DNA from: Bradymonadia bacterium
Lineage (GTDB): Bacteria > Myxococcota_A > Bradymonadia > UBA7976 > UBA1532
Assembly: GCA_046290225.1 (NCBI GenBank)
Contig: JBKAGE010000039.1
Location: 32,001-96,000 of the forward strand
DNA length: 64,000 nt
Direction of reading: 5' to 3'
Shown here in pieces: positions 9,745 through 20,355 of this stretch (within the stretch, counting starts at the first letter, position 1; the number at the start of each line of letters is the position of its first letter). A program made the translations under genes and the position numbers. The notes below the pieces were generated by a model. It did not search any database, had not been told where the DNA came from, and was given only the letters and a program-made list of their open reading frames with translations.

Positions 9745-10416
9745 CTACTCGAGCTTATAGCCTACGCCATAGATCGAGTGGAGGAGGTCCTCGGGGGTGT
9801 GGGTGTTGAGTTTTCTCCGCAGGTTGCTGATGTGGCTGTCCACCGTGCGCTGGCTCACCGTGCGGGCGTCATCGTAGGCCAGCGACATCAGCTGCTGGCG
9901 AGAGAAGACCCGACCAGGAGCGGCGAGCATCGCCGAGAGCATGCGGAACTCGACCCGTGTCAGCTCGAGATCTGTATCACCCACCTGACACGCGAAGCGG
10001 TCTTTGAAGATCGTGACGCCTCGATAGGCCACCTGGCCTTCATGGGGCTGACGACTGCCGTTGACCCGTCTGAGGATGGTCTTTGCCCGTCTGACCACTT
10101 CGCGAGGGCTGAAAGGCTTGCAGACATAGTCGTCGGCCCCCAGCTCGAGGCCCAGCAGGCGATCGATCTCTTCGACTTTGGCTGTGAGCATCAAGATGGG
10201 CACGTCGGAGAACTGTCGAAGTTCCCTGCAGATCGTCAGCCCGTCTTTTCCGGGGAGCATCAGATCGAGGATTACGAAGTCCGGCGCCTCGGTGCGCACC
10301 GTGTGCACGGCGTGGGTGCCTTGATGAAGCACCAGTGTGGTGAACCCTTCTCTCTGAAAGTAATCCACCAGCACCTGGGCGATCTTGGGCTCGTCTTCGA
10401 TGATGATGATTCTCAT
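9745..10416 (-). CDS. BaeR-like response regulator
   Basis: IIEDEPKIA, AKVEEIDRLLGLELGADDYVCKPFSPRE, RTVDSHISNLRRKL, SIYGVGY. Confidence 0.9.
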   Translation of the reverse strand: MRIIIIEDEPKIAQVLVDYFQREGFTTLVLHQGTHAVHTVRTEAPDFVILDLMLPGKDGLTICRELRQFSDVPILMLTAKVEEIDRLLGLELGADDYVCKPFSPREVVRRAKTILRRVNGSRQPHEGQVAYRGVTIFKDRFACQVGDTDLELTRVEFRMLSAMLAAPGRVFSRQQLMSLAYDDARTVSQRTVDSHISNLRRKLNTHTPEDLLHSIYGVGYKLE

Positions 10417-11810
10417 GCAACCTCTTCGCTGGGCAGGATGATCTTCACCTCGAGGCCTCCGAGGGAGGAGGGCTCGGCGGAGATGGTGCCACCGTGAGCT
10501 TCGGCGATCTTGCGGGAGATCGCGAGGCCGAGGCCTGATCCCGCTGTGCGCCGACTGCGAGAAGCTTCCACACGATACAGAGGATCGAAGAGGCGCTCAC
10601 ACTCCTCGGATGGCACTGAAGGTGCCGAGTCGCTGATGATGATCTCAACGGTGTTGTCATGCTGCTTCAGATCGACCTCGATTCGACCCGGCGTGTGCGT
10701 ATACGCCATGGAGTTGAGCAACACGTTGCGGCACAACTGTTCGAGTCGCCGCTTGTCGACGCGGGCCACTGCAGGGCTCAAGGTGGCGCTCACTTCGAAG
10801 GCCGAGGCCTGCACCGAGAGCTTGCCCAGAGTGTTCAGGACCACATCGCGTACGTCGCAGATCTCGAACTGGTATCGCAACATGCCCAAATCCGAAGTGG
10901 AGAGCTCGTGCAAATCACCTACGAGATAGGTGAGGCGCTCCACCTCCTCCGACAGTGAGTTCAGCGCCTGGGCGTCGAAGGTGCGCACACCATCTTGGAG
11001 GGCCTCGATCTCACCTGACAGGATCGACAGCGGGGTCCTCAGCTCGTGGGCGATGTCGGCGAACATGCGCTGGCGTGCGTCGCGGATCTCTCGCAGCGTG
11101 CGGGTGAGGGTCTGAAAGTCATGGAGCAGATCGCCGAGCTCATCGTTGCGGGCGCCTTCGAACTCGACATCGTAGTTGCCCCGCGAGACCTCCGATACGC
11201 CCTCGGCGAGGCGCTTGATCGGCGCGAGGAGTGCCCGAGCGATGATGGTGGCAAAAGCCACGGCGAGCAGCAGAAGTACGAGCCCGATCACGACGCTCGA
11301 CCAGAGCTGGCGTCGCTCGAAGGCCGCGCCGAGGGGGCGGCTGACCTGGCGGTGGGGCACGCTCTCGACAAAGCCGACGACGTGCGCATCCACCAGGACA
11401 GGGACAGAGATGCGCTCCACCGATGAGCTGGACAAGTCTGCCCCACCCAAATGGCGCCGCGATGCGTCGAAGAGGGCTGTAGGGTGAGGGCCTGTGGCGC
11501 CAGGCCGCCTCATATGCGCAGGGGGCGGCCCGATGCCACCGCGGGCAAGGTGAGGCGGGCGATGTGGTGGAGGCTTCGAGGCCGCTCGCACGAAGCGCCG
11601 CGACACATCGTCGGGCCAGCGTGAGTCCTGGGCGTACACTTCGGCCATCTGCGTCGCGATGCTCTCGACGCGATGCCGCTCAAGGCCATCGAAGTAATCG
11701 ATGAAGCCCTGCTCGAAGCTCCAGCGGGCGATGAAGATGGTGGTGGCGAGCACGCTGAGCGTGAACCCGACGAAGACGAGGCCCAGCCGAGTGTGGATGG
11801 AGATGCGCAT
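10413..11810 (-). CDS. BaeS-like sensor histidine kinase
   Basis: RWSFEQGFIDY, HAMP, ADIAHELRTPL, DSAPSVP, RVEASRSR, GSGLGL. Confidence 0.9.
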   Translation of the reverse strand: MRISIHTRLGLVFVGFTLSVLATTIFIARWSFEQGFIDYFDGLERHRVESIATQMAEVYAQDSRWPDDVSRRFVRAASKPPPHRPPHLARGGIGPPPAHMRRPGATGPHPTALFDASRRHLGGADLSSSSVERISVPVLVDAHVVGFVESVPHRQVSRPLGAAFERRQLWSSVVIGLVLLLLAVAFATIIARALLAPIKRLAEGVSEVSRGNYDVEFEGARNDELGDLLHDFQTLTRTLREIRDARQRMFADIAHELRTPLSILSGEIEALQDGVRTFDAQALNSLSEEVERLTYLVGDLHELSTSDLGMLRYQFEICDVRDVVLNTLGKLSVQASAFEVSATLSPAVARVDKRRLEQLCRNVLLNSMAYTHTPGRIEVDLKQHDNTVEIIISDSAPSVPSEECERLFDPLYRVEASRSRRTAGSGLGLAISRKIAEAHGGTISAEPSSLGGLEVKIILPSEEVA

Positions 11811-11944
11811 GGCACCACCTTACACAAAACAGCATCGAGGCCCAGATGGCAGGTAGGCGGATCAGGGCTGCACACCCAGCTGATGAAGCAGGGACATCTG
11901 CTCCTCGTGGGTACCCAGGGCGAATGAGGAGGTCCTGGTCCAGA

Positions 11945-12616
11945 TCACGTGCCCGGCTCGCTGCCGAGGGTGCGGTCTGCGCGCAGCTCTTGTGATCGAG
12001 CGTGCAGGCGCCTCAGCTTCTCCGAAGGGGTCGACAGCGCCTCTGCTTGCCCCTGGCGGGCCACGAGGCGCAACATGTCGGCGCGCTTCTCGGGTGAGAT
12101 CGAGCCCACCTTGGCGAGCAGGGTGGTGGATGTGTCGAAGCCGACGAACTTGAGCGTGCCTTGGACCACCGCGCCATGGGCGGCGCCGCGGAAGTTGAGC
12201 CAGTACCACCACTTGGGGCTGTCCATGGTGAGCACGAGGCGCGCCGTGCGCCCCTTGAGCAGCTGAGTGGGGAGAGATTTGCCCTCTTCGAACCGGAAGC
12301 CCCATCCCGGCAGAAAAGCCCGGTCGAAGATCCCTTTGAGCCCTGCAGGTACACTACCCCACCACAAAGGGGCGAAGACAACGAAGTGATCACACCACTC
12401 GATGTCGCGCTGCAGCGTCACCAAATCGGGTTCGAGGGGTTGAACCTCTGCATAGCCAACGCGGAGCACTGGGTCGAACTGCATGGCGCCGGCGTGATGC
12501 ACCCGGATCTCCGCCCCAGCCGAGGCTGCAGCGTCGACATAGGTCTCAAGCAGGGCGGCGTTGAAGCTCTTCTCCGAAGGGTGCCCCAGCAGGGCTACGA
12601 TGCGTTTGGCGGTCAT
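11945..12616 (-). CDS. Flavodoxin-fold NAD(P)H-dependent quinone oxidoreductase
   Basis: GHPSEKSFNAAL, PLWWGSVPAGLKGIFDR, LKGRTA. Confidence 0.85.
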   Translation of the reverse strand: MTAKRIVALLGHPSEKSFNAALLETYVDAAASAGAEIRVHHAGAMQFDPVLRVGYAEVQPLEPDLVTLQRDIEWCDHFVVFAPLWWGSVPAGLKGIFDRAFLPGWGFRFEEGKSLPTQLLKGRTARLVLTMDSPKWWYWLNFRGAAHGAVVQGTLKFVGFDTSTTLLAKVGSISPEKRADMLRLVARQGQAEALSTPSEKLRRLHARSQELRADRTLGSEPGT

Positions 12617-12702
12617 GGTCTACCTCAATGTGTTGTCCTGGCGTCGGCTTCACGGTAGCCATGCGATCTCTGCATGTGAACGGCACGAAACGGATGGTGG
12701 GT

Positions 12703-13599
12703 ATGCAAAAATCGACAGGGGGGAAGGGGTTGCCACCGGCAGCGTGGGCGGACTGGCCTTTTTTTCTCGCCGCCTATCGCTCTGGGAGCTTGTCGGCCGC
12801 AGCCAAGGTGCTCAAGGTCGAGCAGTCCACCGTGAGTCGACGGGTCGCCCGCCTCGAGGAGATGTTGGGCCACGATCTGTTCTACCGAGGGGCTGGAGGG
12901 TTGGTGCCCACGGAGATGGCTCAGCTGATCGCGCCACAGGTCGAGCGTGGTGAGAGCGCCTTGCTCGACGGGCTCACCGCTGCGAGCGGCCACGAGCGTC
13001 AGGTGGAGGGCTTGGTACGTGTGGCTTGCCCGGAGTCCATGGCCTATCTGTTCCTGGTGCCAGAATTGCCAAAGCTCTACGCCCACTATCCCGGCTTGGA
13101 GGTGGAACTGCGTACAGGCTACGCCGTGGCAGATTTGAGCCGGAGAGAAGCCGACATCGGCATTCGTGGTGTCGTGCCCACTGATCCTGATCATGTGAGC
13201 AAGATCGCCGGGCGCTTCACGGTGGGCATCTTCGCCCACCGATCGTGGATCGAGCGCGGCGTACCGGAGCACGAGATCCCCTGGATCGGTACCTCGGGGA
13301 TCTTCGAGAGCTTTATGGAGGGTCAGTGGGATCTGGCGATCCGGCGCCCGCCGATCATGCGCAGCGACAGCTACCTCACCCGCTATGCTGCGGCCCAGAG
13401 CGGCCTGGGCTGCACACTGCTCCCGAGGCCCTGGGGCAGGCAAGACGAGCAGCTGGTGGAGCTGTCATTGCCACCGGGTGCCCCCGAGCCTCCTGAGCGG
13501 ATCATGTACCTCGTCGTTCATCGCGCCCTGCGACGTGTGCCGCGGATCGCTGCCACCTGGGCGTTCCTCGAAGAGAGCCTTCAAGCGTTGAACGAGTAG
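12703..13599 (+). CDS. LysR-family transcriptional regulator
   Basis: HTH GSLSAAAKVLKVEQSTVSRRVARLEE and DLSRREADIGIR; divergent from the oxidoreductase. Start uncertain. Confidence 0.88.
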   Translation: MQKSTGGKGLPPAAWADWPFFLAAYRSGSLSAAAKVLKVEQSTVSRRVARLEEMLGHDLFYRGAGGLVPTEMAQLIAPQVERGESALLDGLTAASGHERQVEGLVRVACPESMAYLFLVPELPKLYAHYPGLEVELRTGYAVADLSRREADIGIRGVVPTDPDHVSKIAGRFTVGIFAHRSWIERGVPEHEIPWIGTSGIFESFMEGQWDLAIRRPPIMRSDSYLTRYAAAQSGLGCTLLPRPWGRQDEQLVELSLPPGAPEPPERIMYLVVHRALRRVPRIAATWAFLEESLQALNE

Positions 13600-13611
13600 G
13601 CCAGAAACGTC

Positions 13612-14847
<1,236 letters not shown>

Positions 14848-14898
14848 GGGACTTCTCTCAGAATAGGGCTCAGAGGCAGCACATTTGCCCCGCTTTTA

Positions 14899-14917
14899 TA
14901 TGCAATCCGATTGCATA
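14899..14917. promoter_or_regulatory. Perfect palindrome TATGCAATC-C-GATTGCATA, candidate Zur box
   Basis: 9-1-9 inverted repeat about 50 bp upstream of the COG0523 gene; the same core recurs at 33874-33935 and 63436-63452. Confidence 0.75.
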
Positions 14918-15069
14918 GACAAGTAGGACAGACACATGGGGCAAAGACGAAGCCATCTATGTTCTTGGGTCTGGATGTGCTGGGAGGTCAGGGGACAGGT
15001 GGTGACATCATCGCTTTCCGACGTAGATCCGGCCATGATGGCGGCCTCGATTGACCACTGAGGCCATCC

Positions 15070-16395
15070 ATGACCGCCACCACTTCGTTCTTGCCCCACG
15101 ACGACAGCCCCAGGGCCCACGCTGAGGGATTGCTCCGCTTCATCAACGCCTCCCCGACGCCGTTCCATGCCGTGGCCAACACCGCGAGCGCGCTGGAGCA
15201 GGCGGGCTATCAGCCCCTCGACGAGTCTCGGACGTGGTCGTTGAGCCCGAACACGGGCTACTACGTCGTTCGTGGTGGGGGCTCCATCGTGGCCTTTCGC
15301 ACTGGCACCGAGCCTGCTGCCGAGGCTGGCTTTCGAGTGGTGGGCGCCCACACCGACTCGCCGAACCTGCGGCTCAAGCCTCGCCTCGCGAAGTCAGCCC
15401 ATGGCCTCGCCCAATTCGATCTCGAGCCCTATGGTGGGTTGATCGTGGCCACATGGGCCGATCGCGATCTGGCCCTCGCTGGCCGGGTGGTGGTGCGGGG
15501 CTCCGATGGCCACGAGACCCGACTGATCCGTACGCCCAAGCCCGTCTGTCGGATCCCCAACCTGGCGATCCACCTGAACCGCACGGTGAACACCGACGGT
15601 CTGGTGATCAACAAGCACAGCCAGCTGGGTCCCGTGGCGGCCATGTGGTCTGGAGCCGGCTCACCAGAGGCCTGGCTGAAGGGGCACATCGCCGAGCTGG
15701 CCGGGGTGGAGGTCGACGATGTCATCGGTCACGATCTCATGCTCTTCGATGTGCAGGATGGGTGCTTCACCGGGATTGACGATGACTTCATCTCCGTGGC
15801 TCGGCTGGACAACCTCGCCATGAGCTACGCCGGCCTCGTGGCCCAGCTGATGCACGACTCGACGGCGACGCCCCACGCTCGGGTGCTCAGCTTGTTTGAT
15901 CATGAGGAGGTGGGCAGCCAGAGCGCCCGAGGGGCCGACTCCACGTTCATGACCGACATCCTCGGCCGCATGGCTGGTGACGGTGCGGAGGCGCTGCCCC
16001 GGGCCATGGCCCACAGCCGTCAGGTGAGCGCCGACATGGCCCACGCGCTGCACCCGAGCTATGCCGATCGCCACGACGGTACACACCAGCCGCTCATGAA
16101 TGGCGGGCCGGTGATCAAGACCAATGTCAACACCCGTTACGCCACCGATGGGGTCACCGCAGCGCTGTTCCGTTCAGTGTGTCAGTCTGAGGGCATCACC
16201 TGCCAGGAGTTCGTGAACCGGCCTGATCTGGCCTGCGGGAGCACAATCGGGAGTATCACCGCGGGCCGATTGGGTCTGGCCACCGTCGACGTGGGCAACC
16301 CCATGTGGGCGATGCACAGCGTGCGGGAGATGGCCGGGGCCCACGACGCCGAGCCCATGGCCCGGGTGCTGGGGCGTTTTTTACGGGGTGACTGA
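15070..16395 (+). CDS. M18 family aminopeptidase (aspartyl aminopeptidase/ApeB-like)
   Basis: SPTPFHAV, GAHTDSP, RLDNL, DHEEVGS, SADMAHALHP, CGSTIG, AMHSVRE. Confidence 0.93.
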   Translation: MTATTSFLPHDDSPRAHAEGLLRFINASPTPFHAVANTASALEQAGYQPLDESRTWSLSPNTGYYVVRGGGSIVAFRTGTEPAAEAGFRVVGAHTDSPNLRLKPRLAKSAHGLAQFDLEPYGGLIVATWADRDLALAGRVVVRGSDGHETRLIRTPKPVCRIPNLAIHLNRTVNTDGLVINKHSQLGPVAAMWSGAGSPEAWLKGHIAELAGVEVDDVIGHDLMLFDVQDGCFTGIDDDFISVARLDNLAMSYAGLVAQLMHDSTATPHARVLSLFDHEEVGSQSARGADSTFMTDILGRMAGDGAEALPRAMAHSRQVSADMAHALHPSYADRHDGTHQPLMNGGPVIKTNVNTRYATDGVTAALFRSVCQSEGITCQEFVNRPDLACGSTIGSITAGRLGLATVDVGNPMWAMHSVREMAGAHDAEPMARVLGRFLRGD

Positions 16396-16421
16396 ACCCT
16401 GAGTGCGATGAGTGGGCGTCA

Positions 16422-17327
16422 TCAAGGGGGTGGTATCTGAGCAAACCCCTCCACCAGAGCGCTCACGAGGCGCTGTACACGTGCTGGCTTTGGGCCCCTA
16501 CCAGGCAACACGAGGTGCAGAGGGATCTCTGAGCCCGACCACTCAGGCAGTACATCGACAAGATCTCCAGCCTCGAGATCAGCGCGGACATCGAGGCCGC
16601 ACTTAAAGACTACGCCGTGGCCTTCGATGGCCCAATTGCGCAGCAACACGCCATCGTTGGCCGAACGATGGCCACTCACCTCTACAGTGATGTATTCGTC
16701 ATCTTGGGAGAAGCCCCAGTGATTCAAGGCCCGGCCTGGGCGATGCCAAATCAGCGCTTTGTGTTGGGCGAGATGAGCAGGGTGCGTGATGGGCGGGTGG
16801 CGCTCGACGTACTCGGGCGAGGCCACCGCCACGCGTCGATCTCGATACAGCCGACGGGCCACGAGCTCGGCGTCTTCGAGGGCCCCATAGCGGATCGAGA
16901 TGTCGATGCGGGTGTCCACCACATCGTACACGTCGTCCGAGAGCCACAGATCGAGCCTGACCCCAGGGTGCTGTTCGAGGAAAGCGTCGAGCATGGGCAT
17001 CAGGGTGTACCGCCCGAGATCTGATGGGGCCGAGACACGCACCGGCCCCACGAGCTCGTCCCTCAACGGACCCACTGATGACTGCGCGGCCTCTACAGCT
17101 TCGAGCAGCAGTCGACACTGCTCGAGATAGATCTCGCCCTCTGCGGTCAACGAGATGGCCCGCGTGGTGCGCAAGAGCAGCTGCACCCCGAGCATCTCTT
17201 CGAGGCGCTTCACCGACACGCTGGCGGCGTTGGCGCTCAGATTGAACACTCGAGATCCCGCCGACAAGGAGCCGTGCTGCACCGCTGCGACGAACAAACG
17301 AATGTCTCTGAGTGCTGGGTCTTCCAT
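16422..17327 (-). CDS. LysR-family transcriptional regulator (CrgA/DmlR-like)
   Basis: GSLSAGSR...LEEMLGVQLLLRTTRAISLTAEG, SAPSDLGR, VASPEY. Confidence 0.9.
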   Translation of the reverse strand: MEDPALRDIRLFVAAVQHGSLSAGSRVFNLSANAASVSVKRLEEMLGVQLLLRTTRAISLTAEGEIYLEQCRLLLEAVEAAQSSVGPLRDELVGPVRVSAPSDLGRYTLMPMLDAFLEQHPGVRLDLWLSDDVYDVVDTRIDISIRYGALEDAELVARRLYRDRRVAVASPEYVERHPPITHPAHLAQHKALIWHRPGRALNHWGFSQDDEYITVEVSGHRSANDGVLLRNWAIEGHGVVFKCGLDVRADLEAGDLVDVLPEWSGSEIPLHLVLPGRGPKPARVQRLVSALVEGFAQIPPP

Positions 17328-17482
17328 CGATTGCAATTTGTTTCCAGGTGGTTATGCGCTCTGCGGCACTTGTACTCGATCTGTACAAGCCCTTCTCGAA
17401 CTCTGTCAAAGACATCGGCGATTCTCCCCACTAATTTGAGTCTCGTCGAACACACAAGACATACACAACAGAGGAGGATCCC

Positions 17483-18379
17483 ATGTTCAGTTCTGCCACG
17501 CTCATGTCGCTCGGTCTGTCTGTCGCTGCCTGCGGTGTCTCCAACACGAAGGTTGCCACGAGTACTCCCCCCGAGGGCATCTCGAAAGTGCAGGCCATCG
17601 AAGGCCCAGTGTCCTTCCCCGAAAGCGGGGTGTGGGATGAAGAGGCTCAGGTCTGGTATGTGTCGAGCTTCGGTCAGGCCTTCGACCCCACAGGGGGCAC
17701 CGCTGACAAGTCAGGCTTCATCTCTCGGCTCGACGCCAGGGGGCGCGTGCTCGATGCCCGGCTGGTGGAAGGGGCCGGTGACTTCCTGGGCCTCGCCATG
17801 ATGAATGGCAAGCTCTACGCCTCTCATGGGGCCGACATTTGGGAGATCGACCCGAGCACGGGGAAGCATGACGTCATCACCGTGCCCGGGGCTGGATTCC
17901 TCAACGACATTGCCGTGGGTGAGGGTGCCCTGTACATCACGGATACTGGTGCCGGCGCTGTGCATCGATACGTGCCAGGGAAGACGCCCACGGTCTTCTC
18001 CAAAGATCCGGCCCTCAAGGCCCCCAACGGGATCGCTGTAGACAATGGCCAGGTCGTCGTAGTCACTCTCGGGGCGTTCCCGCCCAACCCGGCAACTCCG
18101 GGCTCGGTTTTGGCTCTGGACGACTCTGGCAAGGCGACGCGCCTGGGTAAGGTGAGTGGTCTCTTCGACGGTGTCGAGGTGATCAACGGCAGCTATGTTG
18201 TGTCCGATATCACTGGGCCACTGTTGCGGGTAGATCCCAACGGTGACACCAGACAGTTGGGTGACTTGAAGACGCTCGGGCTGGGCTCGGCGAATGACTT
18301 CGGCGTCGACCCCAACACCATGACCCTCATGATGGGTGATCTCACCTCGAACAAGGTCTGGCAGGTCTCGCTCTTCTGA
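17483..18379 (+). CDS. SMP-30/gluconolactonase-like beta-propeller lipoprotein, copy 1
   Basis: GGAGGA RBS, lipobox VAAC, PES, GFISRL, FLND, PNG, DG motifs; 298 aa. Confidence 0.75.
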   Translation: MFSSATLMSLGLSVAACGVSNTKVATSTPPEGISKVQAIEGPVSFPESGVWDEEAQVWYVSSFGQAFDPTGGTADKSGFISRLDARGRVLDARLVEGAGDFLGLAMMNGKLYASHGADIWEIDPSTGKHDVITVPGAGFLNDIAVGEGALYITDTGAGAVHRYVPGKTPTVFSKDPALKAPNGIAVDNGQVVVVTLGAFPPNPATPGSVLALDDSGKATRLGKVSGLFDGVEVINGSYVVSDITGPLLRVDPNGDTRQLGDLKTLGLGSANDFGVDPNTMTLMMGDLTSNKVWQVSLF

Positions 18380-18420
18380 ACCCTCTCCCAAACCTTCCTT
18401 CCAGCGCCTTCGGCGCTCCG

Positions 18421-18463
18421 ATCGTGCTGTGAACTCAAACTCAATCCGAATGCACAGCACGAT
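18421..18463. other. Perfect 11-bp inverted repeat (hairpin) downstream of copy 1
   Basis: ATCGTGCTGTG (18421-18431) and CACAGCACGAT (18453-18463), 21-nt loop, no U tract. Confidence 0.5.
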
Positions 18464-18894
18464 GAGTATCCAGCGGGCCACCGCGTCGGATCATGCCCTG
18501 GTGACAACTTTTCCCCAATAGGTGAACAAGAGGTCCTCGCACACCAGAGGACTTCTGAGCATGTCGTTCCAAGTGGCCTTGCACCGTACGAGGACACCCT
18601 TGCGTGTGTCGCTGATTGAAGCAGCACGAGCCCTCAACTGGTCATATACACCATCAGTCATCCAGTCATGTCGTCTGCATCACCTTTTTGAGCAATCGGT
18701 GAAGGGGCAAGAGCCTCGTATTGCTGATGGCCATAGAGTGATTCCTCTTGAATCTTGAGTGCTTCAGGTGGCGGGGATGACCTGTATGCGATTTGTACAG
18801 ACCCTTCTCGAACTCCTCTAAAGACAGTGATGGTGGCCCGCACTACCTTGAGTCTCGTCAAACACACAAGACGTACACAACCCAGGAGAGTCCC

Positions 18895-19791
18895 ATGTTC
18901 CGCAACGCCATGCTCGTTTCGCTCAGCCTGTCCCTCGCCGCCTGCGGCACCTCCGATGATGAAGAGACCATGAACAGTGCCCCTGAGGGCATCTCAGGCG
19001 TCGAGGCCGTTCAAGGCGCGGTGTCTTTCCCTGAGAGTGGGGTGTGGGACGCCGATGCCCAGGTCTGGTACGTGTCGAACTTCGGTCAGGCTTTCGATCC
19101 CACGGGGGGCACCCCTGACCAGCCGGGTTTCATCTCTCGGCTCGACGCCGACGGCAACGTCCTCGACGCTCGGCTGGTGGAGAGCGACGGTGACTTCCTA
19201 GGCCTCGCGATGATGGACGGCATGCTCTACGCCTCTCGCGGCGCTGACATCTTGCAAATCGACCCTGATACCGGCGACTTCGAAGCCATCGCCGTGCCTG
19301 GGGCCGGCTTCCTCAACGACATCGCTGCCGGTGATGGCGAGCTCTACATCACTGACACAGGCGCTGGCGCTGTGCATCGATACGTGCCTGGCGAGACGCC
19401 CACAATCTTCTCCGATGATCCTGCGTTGCGGGCGCCCAACGGCGTCACTGTGGATGGAGATCGTGTCATCGTGGTCACCCTCGGAGCTTTCCCTCCTGAT
19501 CCGGCGACCCCGGGCTCAGTGTTGTCCCTCGATGGTTCCGGTGCGGCGACGCAGATCGGCGAGGTGAGCGGTCTCTTCGATGGTGTCGAGGTGCTCAACG
19601 GCAGCTACATCGTGTCGGACATCACTGGGCCGTTGTTGCGGGTGGATCCCAATGGAGAGGCTGTGGAGCTTGGCAACTTGCAAGAGATGGGGTTGGGCTC
19701 GGCGAATGATTTTGGCATCGATGTCACCACCATGACTCTCATGATGGGCGATCTCACCTCGAACCAGGCTTGGCAGATCTCGCTCTTCTGA
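18895..19791 (+). CDS. SMP-30/gluconolactonase-like beta-propeller lipoprotein, copy 2
   Basis: Colinear paralog of 17483-18379, also 298 aa; lipobox LAAC-GTSDDEE. Confidence 0.75.
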   Translation: MFRNAMLVSLSLSLAACGTSDDEETMNSAPEGISGVEAVQGAVSFPESGVWDADAQVWYVSNFGQAFDPTGGTPDQPGFISRLDADGNVLDARLVESDGDFLGLAMMDGMLYASRGADILQIDPDTGDFEAIAVPGAGFLNDIAAGDGELYITDTGAGAVHRYVPGETPTIFSDDPALRAPNGVTVDGDRVIVVTLGAFPPDPATPGSVLSLDGSGAATQIGEVSGLFDGVEVLNGSYIVSDITGPLLRVDPNGEAVELGNLQEMGLGSANDFGIDVTTMTLMMGDLTSNQAWQISLF

Positions 19792-19801
19792 GCTTTGCTC
19801 C

Positions 19802-20353
19802 TCATCGCCGGAGGGCGTTGATGCTCACGAGGCGCCAGCTGTTGAAGCCGTGATTGTGCAGATGCAGGCCCAAGCGGGCATCGGGGGTGGGGGTGAAGTC
19901 CAGGGCCACCTCCGCGCCGAGGGTGCGGGAGGGGGCGGGGATCTGCACCACCTCTTCCCAGATGACCGTGTCGTCGATCCACACGGCGATGTGCCCCTCA
20001 GCGGGCTCTGGTGCGTCGAGAAAGTCGTGCCACACCGTGATGACGAGGGTGTCGCCTGCTTCGAGATCCATGGGCAGAGGCTGGTCGAAAGCACCGTAGG
20101 CACATGCCCCGGTCTGGACCTCGAAGCCGCCGCCCTCGGGGCCCCATGTGGCCGAGGGGCAATCCACGTCGAGAGGGCGGTGGTGAGCCAGCGGGTCGAG
20201 ATCGGCGGTGACGGGCGTGAGGGCAAAGGGATCGAGCACCGACACAGGGGGCTGCGCAGGCTCTTCCATCATCGGATCTGCCATGGGCGTCGAGTCGACG
20301 TGCTCTTCACCGCATCCGGTCAACAGTGCTGCCATCACCATCACCCAGCGCAT
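19802..20353 (-). CDS. Hypothetical lipoprotein with His-rich C-terminus, partner of the copper monooxygenase
   Basis: Lipobox LTGC-GEE; motifs VWHD, GHIAV, LHLHNHG; starts 2 nt after the upstream gene's stop. Confidence 0.7.
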   Translation of the reverse strand: MRWVMVMAALLTGCGEEHVDSTPMADPMMEEPAQPPVSVLDPFALTPVTADLDPLAHHRPLDVDCPSATWGPEGGGFEVQTGACAYGAFDQPLPMDLEAGDTLVITVWHDFLDAPEPAEGHIAVWIDDTVIWEEVVQIPAPSRTLGAEVALDFTPTPDARLGLHLHNHGFNSWRLVSINALRR

Positions 20354-20355
20354 CT

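Larger units (their letters stand above)
17375..19791 (+). repeat. Diverged tandem duplication of gene plus about 110 bp of upstream DNA
   Basis: Shared upstream blocks such as TGTACA..CCCTTCTCGAACTC...AAAGACA and TTGAGTCTCGTC(G/A)AACACACAAGAC(A/G)TACACAAC at about 17375-17482 and 18787-18894. Confidence 0.9.

Noticed and set aside
11862..11944. Minus-strand peptide ending QMSLLHQLGVQP*, reminiscent of SnoaL ester-cyclase C-termini
   Set aside because: Too short to distinguish from chance without a search.
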